Origin: Candidatus Dormiibacterota bacterium | GTDB taxonomy: Bacteria > Chloroflexota > Dormibacteria > Aeolococcales > Aeolococcaceae | Direction: 5' to 3' | DNA length: 64,000 bases | Assembly (NCBI GenBank): GCA_963709585.1 | Contig: CAVPXI010000014.1 | Coordinates: forward strand, 128,001 to 192,000 | Shown: positions 1-9,957 of the stretch, piece after piece | Layout of the letters: each line of letters starts with the position of its first letter | How positions within the stretch are numbered: position 1 is the first letter of the stretch | Translations under genes and position numbers: made by a program | The notes under the pieces: model-generated | What the model saw: only the letters and a program-made list of their open reading frames with translations | Databases searched by the model: none | What the model was told of the DNA's origin: nothing

Positions 1-252
1 CGAGTAGCCGTATTCGCGGATGAAGCCGATCTTGCTCGTGGCGTCGGCCGGCGCGCGGTACTCGTGCAGTCGAGTTGCGGCGTACCGGCCGTTCCCCGGG
101 TCGGCACGGCAGATCACACTCACTCGGTAACCGCCCGCCACCAGCGTTGCCGCCTGTTTCTGGAGCCTGTGGTCACGGGCCAGCGGCACGTTTTCGACGA
201 TGAGCAGGATGTGAGGAGGGCGCACGGAATCAGCCGGCGACCAAGTTCGCAC
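1..252 (-). CDS. GT4-family (WbuB-like) glycosyltransferase, N-terminus; runs off the window edge
   Basis: Manual translation: MRTWSPADSVRPPHILLIVENVPLARDHRLQKQAATLVAGGYRVSVIC...FIREYGYS, a typical GT4 N-terminus; continues the polysaccharide operon. Confidence 0.75.
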   Translation of the reverse strand, partial: MRTWSPADSVRPPHILLIVENVPLARDHRLQKQAATLVAGGYRVSVICRADPGNGRYAATRLHEYRAPADATSKIGFIREYGYS

Positions 253-276
253 GTGCCCGCCGAAGCCGGGATCAAC

Positions 277-984
277 TCAACCGGGCGCCCTCCCATTGCT
301 CGCATGCAAACTCGCCGGGGCAGCCTCCGGCACCGTAGGGTCGGCATTCTCCGGATGCAGGACGAGCTGGATCGTGCCGTTCTCGACGTGGAACTCTGTC
401 ACCGAGCCGCGTCTGACCGGGTGTCGCCAACTCCTGCCGTCGACGCCGGTCAACTCCAGCATCACCAGCCGGATCATCACTGCGTGGGTCACCGCGGCCA
501 CCGATTCGCCTGCGTGCCGAGAGCCGATGAACTGAACCGCCTCGAGCATCCGACGCTGCGCGACCATCAGCCGCTCGCCCTGTGGGCAGGCCGCGATCCG
601 GGGTGACAACTCGTAGAGGCTGTATGCCTCCGGGTCGTAGAGCGCCGCTTCCTCGGGCGTCATGCCCTCCCAGGCGCCATAGTCGAGGTTGTTGAGCCCC
701 TGGAGAATGCGAAGGTCAGGAACCCAGTGCTCGTCAGCGATGATCTGCGCGGCGGCGATCGTGCGCCGGAGCGGCCCGGTGTACACCGAGGTCAGCCCCG
801 CGCCGTCCAGGCGCCGCGCCGCATCGACTGCGTCGCGGTAGCCCTGAGCATCCAGCGGGACGTCTCGGCGGCCCCGGTATCGATTCTCCACGGTGAGCGA
901 CGTCGTTCCGTGCCGGACCAGGTACAGCCGGCATGCCGCCGCACTGCGGCGCTTGGTGTCTCGAATCGCCATCCGCGCGGTCAT
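277..984 (-). CDS. Histidine phosphatase (phosphoglycerate mutase-like) family protein
   Basis: LYLVRHG motif, LDYGAWEG and VTHAV; ATG overlaps the upstream TGA. Confidence 0.85.
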   Translation of the reverse strand: MTARMAIRDTKRRSAAACRLYLVRHGTTSLTVENRYRGRRDVPLDAQGYRDAVDAARRLDGAGLTSVYTGPLRRTIAAAQIIADEHWVPDLRILQGLNNLDYGAWEGMTPEEAALYDPEAYSLYELSPRIAACPQGERLMVAQRRMLEAVQFIGSRHAGESVAAVTHAVMIRLVMLELTGVDGRSWRHPVRRGSVTEFHVENGTIQLVLHPENADPTVPEAAPASLHASNGRAPG

Positions 985-2687
985 CGGCGCGGGCTCGACG
1001 GGCGTTCACTCCGGGGAGCGGGTTCCGCGGCCTCGTCTTCCCCGGCGTTCTCAATGTTGAGCAGCGTGCTCGACGGGCTGGGAATCTTTGCGGCCCGCGC
1101 GGAGTGCCCGTTGAGTGCCGGTGCGGGCGCGGTGACCGGGTCAGGCGTCTCGACCTTGGCGGCAGACCTCTCCGCCGCCTCGGCGGGTGTGGTCAGCGGG
1201 CGCGGAAGGCGGCGCGCTCTGCCCACGTTGACGAGCGCACACGCGACCAGGTCGTCAGGCGAACGCCCGAGCTGAGACATCGCGGCCCGCACCTGAGCGC
1301 GTGTCGACAGCCGGGCATCAGCAACGAACAGGATCATATGGCTCAACTGGGCGAGCACCTCGGTGTCCGCGCTCGCCAGCACCGGCGGCGCTTCGACCAC
1401 GATGAAATCAGCCCGATCGCGGAGCTGCCCGAGGAGTCGTGGCAGGGCAGGCGAGACCATCATCGCTCCAGGGTCGGGCACCGAACGGCCGGCCGAGATC
1501 AGCTGCAGCCCGGGGACGTCGGTGTCGCGCAGTGCAGAGCCAAGGCTCGAACGATCCAAGAGCACGCTGCTGAGTCCGACCCCCTCGCTCAGGCCGAAGA
1601 GCTCATGAGTGCGGCTCCCTCGCAAGTCCGCGCAGACCAGGATGACTTGCCGGCCGGACAGCGCCAGGGCCGCGGCCAGGTTCGCCGCGACTGTGGCCTT
1701 GTCTTCCCGGGTCGCGCTGGTGACCGTGAGCGTGTCGGCACTTCGCCCACTGGCCGCCTGGAGGACCCGTGTCCGTAGGTCGCGATATGCCTCGGCGACG
1801 CGGGAGCCTGGACTGTGAACGATGACGAGCCGCTCGCCCGCGGACCGCTTCCGGGTACGGAAAGCCGGGATCAGTGCCAGGACCGGCGCATCGGCCTCGG
1901 TCGCCAGATCGAGGGGCCCACGAAGGCGGTCGTCGATCGCGTCACGCGCGAAGGCCACACCGACCCCCAGCGCCAAACCCAGAATCAAGGCGACGCCGAC
2001 GTCCAGCCAGCGATTCGGACCTGTCGGGGATGCGGGCCGGGAGGCATCACTGATGAGGCTTGGCCGCACCGCGCCGGGCGCGGCCGGAGCCGGGGTCTTG
2101 CTGCCTGGCACGAACGTCGGCGCAGGAGTCCGAAATCCAACATAGGCCTCCGCAATACCCTCAGCCGCGCGCTGAGCCTGGATCGGGTTCGGAGCTGAGA
2201 AGGCGATGTCGAGCAGATCGGTGTCCACCGGGACGGTCACCGACAACCCGGACTGCAGCGCGCTCGGCGAGATCTCCGCCGCCCTCGAGGCGATCAACAG
2301 CACTGCCTCCGACGACACGATCCCCTTCTCGGTGGCCATCACCACGGGCTGCTGGCTCGCGGCACTCGCCGATTCGGCGAAGACGACCACCGTCGCGTGC
2401 GACGTGTATATCGACTTCTGCTCCTTCGCCACCACGTACGCGCCCGCCGTCACCGCCAGGGCGATCAGCAGGATCCACGCCAGGTGCGCCCTCAGGAACC
2501 GCGACCCGACCCCGGTCTCGCGCGCCCGGGGTGCGCGAGGCGGCGGGATTGCGGTGTAGCGCTCGCCGCCGCCCTCCAACTGAGTGGGCAGTCTTGAGTG
2601 TGCACTCATATGATTCGAGTTCTGCCGCGAACGGGTGGGCGATGGTTCAGTTGTTTCGTCCGCGCGATCCCATAAAGGCGTGTTCAC
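981..2687 (-). CDS. Wzc/CpsD-like polysaccharide co-polymerase / BY-kinase with degenerate Walker A; start uncertain
   Basis: Wzz-like N-terminus with two TM helices; AEAYRDLRT, ANLAAALA, CADLR and DFIVVEAPPVL motifs. Confidence 0.8.
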   Translation of the reverse strand: MNTPLWDRADETTEPSPTRSRQNSNHMSAHSRLPTQLEGGGERYTAIPPPRAPRARETGVGSRFLRAHLAWILLIALAVTAGAYVVAKEQKSIYTSHATVVVFAESASAASQQPVVMATEKGIVSSEAVLLIASRAAEISPSALQSGLSVTVPVDTDLLDIAFSAPNPIQAQRAAEGIAEAYVGFRTPAPTFVPGSKTPAPAAPGAVRPSLISDASRPASPTGPNRWLDVGVALILGLALGVGVAFARDAIDDRLRGPLDLATEADAPVLALIPAFRTRKRSAGERLVIVHSPGSRVAEAYRDLRTRVLQAASGRSADTLTVTSATREDKATVAANLAAALALSGRQVILVCADLRGSRTHELFGLSEGVGLSSVLLDRSSLGSALRDTDVPGLQLISAGRSVPDPGAMMVSPALPRLLGQLRDRADFIVVEAPPVLASADTEVLAQLSHMILFVADARLSTRAQVRAAMSQLGRSPDDLVACALVNVGRARRLPRPLTTPAEAAERSAAKVETPDPVTAPAPALNGHSARAAKIPSPSSTLLNIENAGEDEAAEPAPRSERPSSPRR

Positions 2688-4198
2688 ATCAGGTCCTCGT
2701 TCGCTGGCGCTTGCTGTCGGCTGGGGGAGCGCGCGACCGCGGCGCGCCGGGTTCCGGTAGCGGCCAGGGCGGCCAGAATGAACATGGCGTCGGCTGATCC
2801 GCGATACGTTAGGTGGGGATCGAACACCATCAGGACAGCGGTCACGATCACCGCGACGAACGTGGCAGATCCAGCGATACCGGCTGCGTCTGCGCTCCCA
2901 CGCGCCACTCGCCATCCGCGCTTCGCCATCGCGACGACGAAGAAGACAAAGCTTGCGAACAGCGGGATCCCGCCTCCCCAGAGCAGCCAGGTGTAGCCGC
3001 TCTCGATCCACACGTAGCCGGTCCCCTGAGTCGCCACCGCAACTCGTGCGGCCGGGCGGACACCGAGAATGAAGTTCCAGTCAGCGAACAGCTGCGGCCA
3101 GAAGTAGTTCTGCAAATTCTGCACTCGGTCTGTCCAGCTGACCGGCAGCCCGCTGGCCGACCCGAAGCTGCCGAGCCGGACGGCGAGCACCGGCCACACG
3201 ACCACTGAGCCGATCAGCCCGGCGGGAACAAGGACTTTGAGCAGCCGCGCGGAATTGGTCACGGCTGCGATACACGCGGCGCCCACCAGGAGGCCGATGA
3301 CGCCGGAGAACTCGCCCGCGGACAGCGTCCCCAGAACGAGCAGCCCGGCAGCAGCTCCGAGCAGGGCTCGGTGGCGGCGGCCACGCGACAACATGGCACC
3401 GACGATCGCCAGGTTGTAGACCATGAGATCCGCAGTCGCCGCAGGCAGCCCGAGGGTCGAGCTGCCACGCGCCGGAAAAGCCTGCGTGTAGCCATCGGGC
3501 GCAAAAAATGTGGCGAGGAACCTCGGGACCCCGAAGAGGCTCAGTGACTGCACGATCGCGACCACTGCGACAATGCACGCGGCGGCGACTGAGATCCACA
3601 GGCAGCGGAGGATTTGTTGATCCGTGGTGACGCTCATGCGGATCACCGCGTACAGGCCGAGGAACTTCCAGAGCACGAGCGCGTACAGCAGATCGTCAGA
3701 GGTGATCTGCTCCTGGCGGACTGCCATCCACAGCAGGGGGACGACGGAGCTGCACACGGCCAGCAGAACGATGGAAGCCTCGACAGCCCCGATCCGGAGT
3801 CGCGGTAGCCGTCCGGTTCGCAGCCCGACGATGCCGCGTGTCCCCAGCGCCACGCCCGCGATCAGGACGATCGCCTCGTTCGGCCGAAGCACGGGTATCG
3901 CCGAACCGCGGTTGATCCCGGCGGTCAGCGGGGTGAGTCCGACGATCAGGAAGGCGCCCAATGCGGGCCATCGCCATACGCAGGCAATGAGCCCCAGGAG
4001 CAGCAGCGCGGCAAGAGCGTACAGCGGGGCAAAGGTGCTGGCGGCGCCCGCCACCGCGGCACCGACCAGGATCGGCCCGAGGAACCAGCGTCCGGACGGG
4101 CGGCCAAGCCGAGGCCATTCGCGGCCCCAGGGCGTGGACGTGGTCCCGACGCGATCAGCGCCCCGGGTCGTTCCGAGCCGCGCGCCTGCTTCAACCAT
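2684..4198 (-). CDS. Wzy/O-antigen ligase-like polytopic membrane protein
   Basis: About 10-12 hydrophobic segments; 'WIESGYTWLLWGGG' in the ligase-like loop; operon context. Confidence 0.6.
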   Translation of the reverse strand: MVEAGARLGTTRGADRVGTTSTPWGREWPRLGRPSGRWFLGPILVGAAVAGAASTFAPLYALAALLLLGLIACVWRWPALGAFLIVGLTPLTAGINRGSAIPVLRPNEAIVLIAGVALGTRGIVGLRTGRLPRLRIGAVEASIVLLAVCSSVVPLLWMAVRQEQITSDDLLYALVLWKFLGLYAVIRMSVTTDQQILRCLWISVAAACIVAVVAIVQSLSLFGVPRFLATFFAPDGYTQAFPARGSSTLGLPAATADLMVYNLAIVGAMLSRGRRHRALLGAAAGLLVLGTLSAGEFSGVIGLLVGAACIAAVTNSARLLKVLVPAGLIGSVVVWPVLAVRLGSFGSASGLPVSWTDRVQNLQNYFWPQLFADWNFILGVRPAARVAVATQGTGYVWIESGYTWLLWGGGIPLFASFVFFVVAMAKRGWRVARGSADAAGIAGSATFVAVIVTAVLMVFDPHLTYRGSADAMFILAALAATGTRRAAVARSPSRQQAPANEDLM

Positions 4199-5896
4199 CA
4201 ATGCACTCCGCCGTTGCCGGCCGGGCGGTGGCGCAACTGGCCGAGCCCGCCGACGAGCCATCCAAGCTCAGGGGACCGCCACCAGGCTTGCAGCGCCAGG
4301 AACACGGCGCCTCCGACCAGGGCGGCTGCGAGTATTCCGACCCGAGGGCCGAACGATCCGCCGAGCAAGCGCGGGATGGTAGCCGCCACGATCCACGCCG
4401 GCCCGGCCATGACCACGGCAGCGGCCGCGAACTTGGCGATCGAGGGCAGCAGCCGGTACGAGGCGGCTCCACCGACGTTCCGCCTGACGCGGGCGTTCAG
4501 ATGGAGGCCGGCCACCGCGGTCGACGCAGACAGGGCCAGCCCGAGGACCAGCACCACTGCCGGGCCGTGGACGAGGAGCGAGCTGGTCGCCAGCGACAGG
4601 CACGTGACCGCCTGAATCAGCATCGAGACCAGCGGCGACCGCGTGTCCTTCATCGCATAGGAGGCGTAGGTCGCGATCATGAACGCCGTCTGGCCGACGA
4701 CGGCCACCGATAGCGCAGCGAGTGAGAAGGCCACCAGGTTGATGCCCGTCGCTGTATCCATCCTGCCGAACGAGATCGCTCGGCCCAGGGGGAAGGCCAG
4801 CACGAGGTAGCCGACGGCGGCCGGGATGGCGACGAAGAATCCCAGGGCCAGGCCGCGCACGAGCGCGTCGCGAAATGCGGCAAGGTCGCCGGCGAGGTGC
4901 ATCCGCGCGAGCCTCGGGAGCAGGGAAAGCGCCACCGGCGTCGCCCCGATCGCGATCGCCAGGTAGTAGAAGTTCAGTGCGATCTGGAAGGCGACGACTC
5001 CCCCTTCAAGCCGATTGGCCATCACCAGGAGGGTCAGAATCTGAACCGCGCCGAGCCCGGCTTGCGCCAGTGCCGGTAGCGCCCGCCGCACGACGGTGCG
5101 AACCTCAGGGTCGCGCCACCCGGGGAGCGGCACGAGGACCACGCCGGCCCGCCGTGCCCCCCACCACTGCGTCGCCGCATGCAGGGCGACCGCGCCGGTG
5201 GAGCCGAGCCCGAGGAGGAGGATCTCGCCGAGGGGCACGTCTGTGACGTTGGTACTCGAGCCGTAGAGCAGCGCGGCGGCACCAAGCACCGCAATCGTGC
5301 CCAGGTTCTCCACGGCCGGGGCGCCGGCAGCGAGCGCGAAGCGCCGTCGCGAGTTCATCACCGCGGTCGCCGACCCGACGACGCCGTAGAGAAAGATCTG
5401 CGGGATGAACATGAGAATGAGGAGTTGCCCGACGCGCACCTGTGCGGCGCTCGTGAGCGCATGTCCCCCGCCCAGCGCCGCGAGCCGCAATGCCTGGGGG
5501 CCGAGGCCGACAGCCACCGGGGTGATCACGAGCAGCGCTATCAGCGTCATGCCCAGGAAGCCACCCGCGACCCGTTCCGATGCCCGACGGTCGCCGGCGT
5601 CGATATGGCGCACGAGCGCCGGAACCAGCAGCGACGAGAAGAGCGAGCCGGCCAGGAAGCCGTAGTAGACGAGGTTGGGAAGTGAGTTGGTGAACTGATA
5701 GGTGTTCCCGAAGAAGGTGGGGCCGAGGACCGCTCCGATCACGGCGAATCGCATTAGCCCGGTGACCCGGCTGACGATCGTCCAGGCCGCAACAGTTAAC
5801 GAGTTCGCCTGCGGCGGAGATTGGGCTGAGGTGCGGCTCCGGCTCGCGCGCGGAAGTCGCGGCCGGCACCAGGAGAGTCGAGGATGGTGTGCTCAT
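4198..5896 (-). CDS. murJ: MurJ/MviN-family flippase (apparent +1 frameshift at ~5803)
   Basis: Removing one base gives AAGDSLTVAAWTIVSRVTGLMRFAVIGAVLG...LPNLVY, the MviN N-terminus; ATG at 5896 is coupled to the upstream stop. Confidence 0.8.
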
Positions 5897-6618
5897 CGCG
5901 CCCCGGTTGTGGAGAGCACGACCGGCACCGTCCGCAGCAGGATGGAGAGATCGAGGGTGAAGCTCCTCCTGTCCACATACTCGATGTCCAGGTCGAGCCC
6001 GTCCTTCATGGTGAGGCTGTTCCTGCCACTGACTTGCCAGAGGCCGGTGAGGCCCGGAGCGACGAGAAACCGCCGGGAGTGGGGTGGACGGATCAACTCC
6101 GCCTCCCAGGGCAACGCTGGGCGCGGCCCGACGAGCGACATGTCCCCGCGAATGACATTCAGCAGCTGTGGGAGCTCGTCGATGCTGGTCCTGCGCAGCA
6201 GCCGGCCGACCTTGGTGATCCGCGTGTCGTTTTCGAGCTTGTAAAGGCCCTGCCGCCCCCCGGTTGGCGGCTGGTCCAGCGTGAGCAATTGGGTGACGTA
6301 ATTGCGATGGACGTCATCTGGGGAGCCAGCGTGCATCGTCCGGAACTTGTAGAGCACGAACGGCCGCTGTCCTCGGCCAAGCCGGGTCTGCCGGAACAGC
6401 GCCGGTCCCGGGCTGGTCAGCTTGATCAACACAGCCACGAGAACGAGCAACGGGGATACCAGGATCAGACACGCCGACGCAATCACGATGTCCAGCACGC
6501 GCTTGCTGGGCGGCGTGCGCAGCGGAACATCACGTGCGTCGTCGATCGGAAGGTCCGCTGCGGCGCGAAGGTGATCGCTGAAGATCATCGAAGCCTCACC
6601 CTTGCTCCTCGCTTCCAT
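5893..6618 (-). CDS. Priming sugar transferase (Bac_transf, WcaJ/EpsL-like)
   Basis: KRVLDIV, YKFRTM, SIDELPQLLNVIRGDMSLVGPRP, PGLTGLWQVSGRN. Confidence 0.92.
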   Translation of the reverse strand: MEARSKGEASMIFSDHLRAAADLPIDDARDVPLRTPPSKRVLDIVIASACLILVSPLLVLVAVLIKLTSPGPALFRQTRLGRGQRPFVLYKFRTMHAGSPDDVHRNYVTQLLTLDQPPTGGRQGLYKLENDTRITKVGRLLRRTSIDELPQLLNVIRGDMSLVGPRPALPWEAELIRPPHSRRFLVAPGLTGLWQVSGRNSLTMKDGLDLDIEYVDRRSFTLDLSILLRTVPVVLSTTGAR

Positions 6619-7254
6619 TAGCGGCGGGCCTCGCCCATCGATAGCGACGAATCGAGCCTGTCGCCGAGTTCGATCCGCGCTCCGATCGCCGGCAGCCGCC
6701 GAACCTCACCGCGCACCCGGGCGGGGTTGCCGAACGCCACGCATCCTTCGGGGATGTCGCGGGAAACCACCGAGCCGGCGCCGATGAGACATCCGGCCCC
6801 AATATGGACGAAGGGAAGGATGGTCACGTTGACGCCGATTTGCGCGCCTGCCCCTATCGATGGCCCACACATCACCGCGGCCGACGCTGCCTGCCCGGGG
6901 TACAGATCGTTGGCGATGGTCACGCCTGGCGCGAGAAAGGCGTCGTCTCCGATCTCTGTGAACTGCGCGATGTAGCAGTTCGCGTGGATCTTCACGCGGT
7001 CACCGATAACGCATCCGTAGTCGATCACGGAGTTGCTCCACACCGAAACGTCGTCACCGATGCGGCAGTCCTCGCGAATCACCACGTTGTGGCCGGTCTC
7101 GAAGCTTGCTCCGATGCGCGATCCCACGTAGACCACGGTGCCGCTGCGGAGGTGCGGGTCCTGGCCCAGCACCAGTTCTCCGGCCGCGTTTCGCGAAGAT
7201 GGATAGCCGACGATGGCGCTCGAGTTCAATCCGCGGATCCCCACCCGCGACCAT
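6618..7254 (-). CDS. Hexapeptide-repeat N-acetyltransferase, WbpD-like (frameshift at ~7224)
   Basis: Left-handed beta-helix repeats (IGDDVSV, IGAGSVVSRDIP, GNPARV); the corrected N-terminus reads MVAGGDPRIDSSAIVGYP. Confidence 0.8.
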
Positions 7255-7255
7255 G

Positions 7256-8395
7256 TCACGCAACGTCGACCTGCTTCGAGCGCAACGCATCGTGGACTGC
7301 GGCGTGCACCGCGTCGCACACCGCGACGATCTGAGCGTCGCTCATGTGCGGGAACATCGGCAGCGACAGCACCTCGCCCGCGGCAGCCTCCGCGACCGGA
7401 AGCGGCCCATCGGCGAAGCGGCGATATGGAGTTTGCCGGTGGCATGGGACCGGGTAGTGGATTCCGCTTTCAATGCCCGCCGCCGCGAGCCGCTGCTGAA
7501 CCATCGCTCGACCCGGAACTCGTACCACTGCCAGGTGGTGGACTCCTCGGGACCCGGTCGCCTCCTGCACAAGTCGCGCGGGCCCCGACGCAAAGACGGC
7601 GCCATATCGCGTGGCGATTGCTCGGCGAGCCTCGTTCCAGGTGTCGAGCCGAGGGAGCTTCGCCGTGAGCACCACAGCCTGCAATGCATCCAGCCGGCTG
7701 TTGGTGCCGACCACGACGTGGCGGTAACGCGTCCCGCGGGCGCGGCCGTGGTCGCGCAGCCGCCGCAGCCGTTCCGCAAGGACAGCGTCACCGGTCACGA
7801 CTGCGCCGGCGTCGCCGAACGCGCCCAGGTTCTTGCCCGGGTAGAAGCTGAAGCAGCCCGCCCGACCGAACGACCCCGCTCGCCGGCCGTTCCAGGTCGC
7901 CCCGTGCGCCTGAGCGGCATCCTCAATGAGCACGACGCCGGCCCGACTGGCGGCGCGGCAGAGCGCGTCCATGTCCGGCATCTGGCCGTAGAGGTGCACG
8001 ACGATCACCGCCCGCGTGCGCGGCGTGATTGCCGCCTCGAGGTCGGCAGCGGTGAGCAGCAGGGTCTCCGAGCTCACATCGGCGAATCGCGGCGTTGCCC
8101 CTGCGAGAACGACCGCCTCCGCCGTGGCCACGAAGGTGTTCGCCGGAACGATGACCTCATCGCCGGCGCCGATCCCGAGAGCGGTGAGTGTGAGTTGGAG
8201 GGCGTCCGTCCCATTGGCCATGCCGATCGCATGGCCCAGGCCACAGTAGGCGGCCCATGCATCTTCGAACTCCTCGACTGCCTGACCACCGATGAAGGCA
8301 CTGGAGTCGAGGAGTTTCGCCCAGTTCTGGTCGATGGTGGCGCGAATCTCGCGCGTCATCGCGGCAAGGTCGGTGAACGGGACCAGGCGTGTCAT
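7256..8395 (-). CDS. DegT/DnrJ/EryC1/StrS aminotransferase (WbpE-like)
   Basis: NGTDAL, EDAAQAHGA, FSFYPGKNLGAFGDAG, NSRLDALQA. Confidence 0.93.
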   Translation of the reverse strand: MTRLVPFTDLAAMTREIRATIDQNWAKLLDSSAFIGGQAVEEFEDAWAAYCGLGHAIGMANGTDALQLTLTALGIGAGDEVIVPANTFVATAEAVVLAGATPRFADVSSETLLLTAADLEAAITPRTRAVIVVHLYGQMPDMDALCRAASRAGVVLIEDAAQAHGATWNGRRAGSFGRAGCFSFYPGKNLGAFGDAGAVVTGDAVLAERLRRLRDHGRARGTRYRHVVVGTNSRLDALQAVVLTAKLPRLDTWNEARRAIATRYGAVFASGPARLVQEATGSRGVHHLAVVRVPGRAMVQQRLAAAGIESGIHYPVPCHRQTPYRRFADGPLPVAEAAAGEVLSLPMFPHMSDAQIVAVCDAVHAAVHDALRSKQVDVA

Positions 8396-9657
8396 CCCGC
8401 CTCCGATTCGGGCAGCAGGAGCTCAGGCAGCGGCGCAGCCATGACACTGGCCTGCCCAGCGGTGAGCGGGGAACGGGTAGCGCCATCGTTGCCCCGGCCG
8501 ACAAGGTGGATGAGGCGCCCTCGAATGTCAACCTCGTCGAGCAGTACGGGACGGCCCAGGCGGCGCGAGAGCTGTGCCGCCTCAAGCGTCTCGACCACCG
8601 CGAGCCCGTTTTCCCCATCGGTCTGAGGAGCGGCACCGGTCGCGGCGCACTCGACAAAGTGCCGGTCCTGCACGGCGAGCGGCTCGTCCGGGGGGACGAA
8701 CGGCACCATGATGTCGCCGTACCGATACGACGTCGGCGGCTGACTGATGTTGCCACTATTCGGCGAAAGGCACACACCCTTGTCGAGGACGCGTATCCGC
8801 TCCTCAGTGGCAACGTCGTCGTAGATGGCCATCTTCTTGCTCCCGACGGCCGTCACGCGGCGCACCTTGCAGGGGTCCAGCCAGCTCACGTGGATATTTG
8901 CGGACAGCCCCTGGTCAGCGAACAGGTCGTCGTAGAACAACCGCAGATACGCGACGTCCTCGAACCGGTGGTGAGCGTGTCGCGCGGCCCACGCCTGGAC
9001 CGCGACTGGCTTGCGCCCCAGCACGAAGTTGAAGATGGAGATGTCATGGGGCGCCAGATCAAGAATGACGTTCACGTCGTCCTGATAGAGCCCGAGATTG
9101 AGCCGGGCGCTGTCGAGGTAATACAGCTCGCCGAGGTCTCCGTCGCGCACCAGCTCGCGGAGCTTCCGCACCGCAGGGTTGTACTCGAATGTGTGGCCGA
9201 CCATAAGGACCACGCCCGCCGCGGAGGCCGCATTGATGAGCTGCAGCGCGCCCTCGGTCGTCGGCGCGAGTGGCTTCTCGACCAGGACGTGCTTACCGGC
9301 TTCTATCGCTTGCAGCGCGACTCCCACGTGCGTGCTCGGCGGAGTTGCGACCACGACGGCGTCCACGTGCTCGAGCGCCGCCTGGAGGTCAGTGTGACCG
9401 AGTGCCGTCCTGAAGCTTCGAGCCAGCTTGTCCAGGCGCTCGGCGCGGCTATCGACCATGACGACCTGAGCGACGCCCTCGGTTGCGTCGAGTACCCGGA
9501 CGTGTTTCGATCCCCAGTATCCGCAGCCAACGACACCAACCCGCAAACCCGGTTCACGAGCCGTGAATGCATGCAATCCACCCAAGCCAAGGCTCGTCGC
9601 GTCCTCGACGCCTTGTACCGCTCCGGGTGGGCGCGCTCCGTCCATGCGCCTAGCCAC
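8392..9657 (-). CDS. Gfo/Idh/MocA oxidoreductase (WbpB/GnnA-like sugar 3-dehydrogenase)
   Basis: VGCGYWG, HVLVEKPLA, MVGHTFEYNP, DLAPHDISI. Confidence 0.88.
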   Translation of the reverse strand: MARRMDGARPPGAVQGVEDATSLGLGGLHAFTAREPGLRVGVVGCGYWGSKHVRVLDATEGVAQVVMVDSRAERLDKLARSFRTALGHTDLQAALEHVDAVVVATPPSTHVGVALQAIEAGKHVLVEKPLAPTTEGALQLINAASAAGVVLMVGHTFEYNPAVRKLRELVRDGDLGELYYLDSARLNLGLYQDDVNVILDLAPHDISIFNFVLGRKPVAVQAWAARHAHHRFEDVAYLRLFYDDLFADQGLSANIHVSWLDPCKVRRVTAVGSKKMAIYDDVATEERIRVLDKGVCLSPNSGNISQPPTSYRYGDIMVPFVPPDEPLAVQDRHFVECAATGAAPQTDGENGLAVVETLEAAQLSRRLGRPVLLDEVDIRGRLIHLVGRGNDGATRSPLTAGQASVMAAPLPELLLPESEAG

Positions 9658-9830
9658 GATGTCCCCTTCTAGCCCTACGGCCCCCTACGATTCCCCAATG
9701 TCGAGCCGCTGCTTATGTCCCGATAAGCAGACGTCCCCGCTCGATCGGCGAAAGTATAGTGCGAACGTTGCGGGTTCGTCAGCGTCCGCACGATTCCAGA
9801 CATTTCGCCACCATTGCCTTCAACTCGGAG

Positions 9831-9927
9831 GTGCAGACAGGTGCACATAGGTGCACATAGATGCACGCAGGTGCACATAGATGCACGCAGGTGCACATAG
9901 GTGCACGCAGGTGCACGCAGGTGCACG
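9831..9927. repeat. 10-bp tandem repeat (RTGCACRYAG), about 9.7 units
   Basis: gtgcagacag gtgcacatag gtgcacatag atgcacgcag gtgcacatag atgcacgcag gtgcacatag gtgcacgcag gtgcacgcag gtgcacg, read directly. Confidence 0.95.
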
Positions 9928-9957
9928 ATCGCGTTTGTCATCCGTCCGTATGCGGGC

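Noticed and set aside
9831-9927. CRISPR array, or the coding ORF 9675-9974
   Set aside because: The 10-bp units are contiguous with no spacers and no cas genes are present; the ORF is just the translated repeat.
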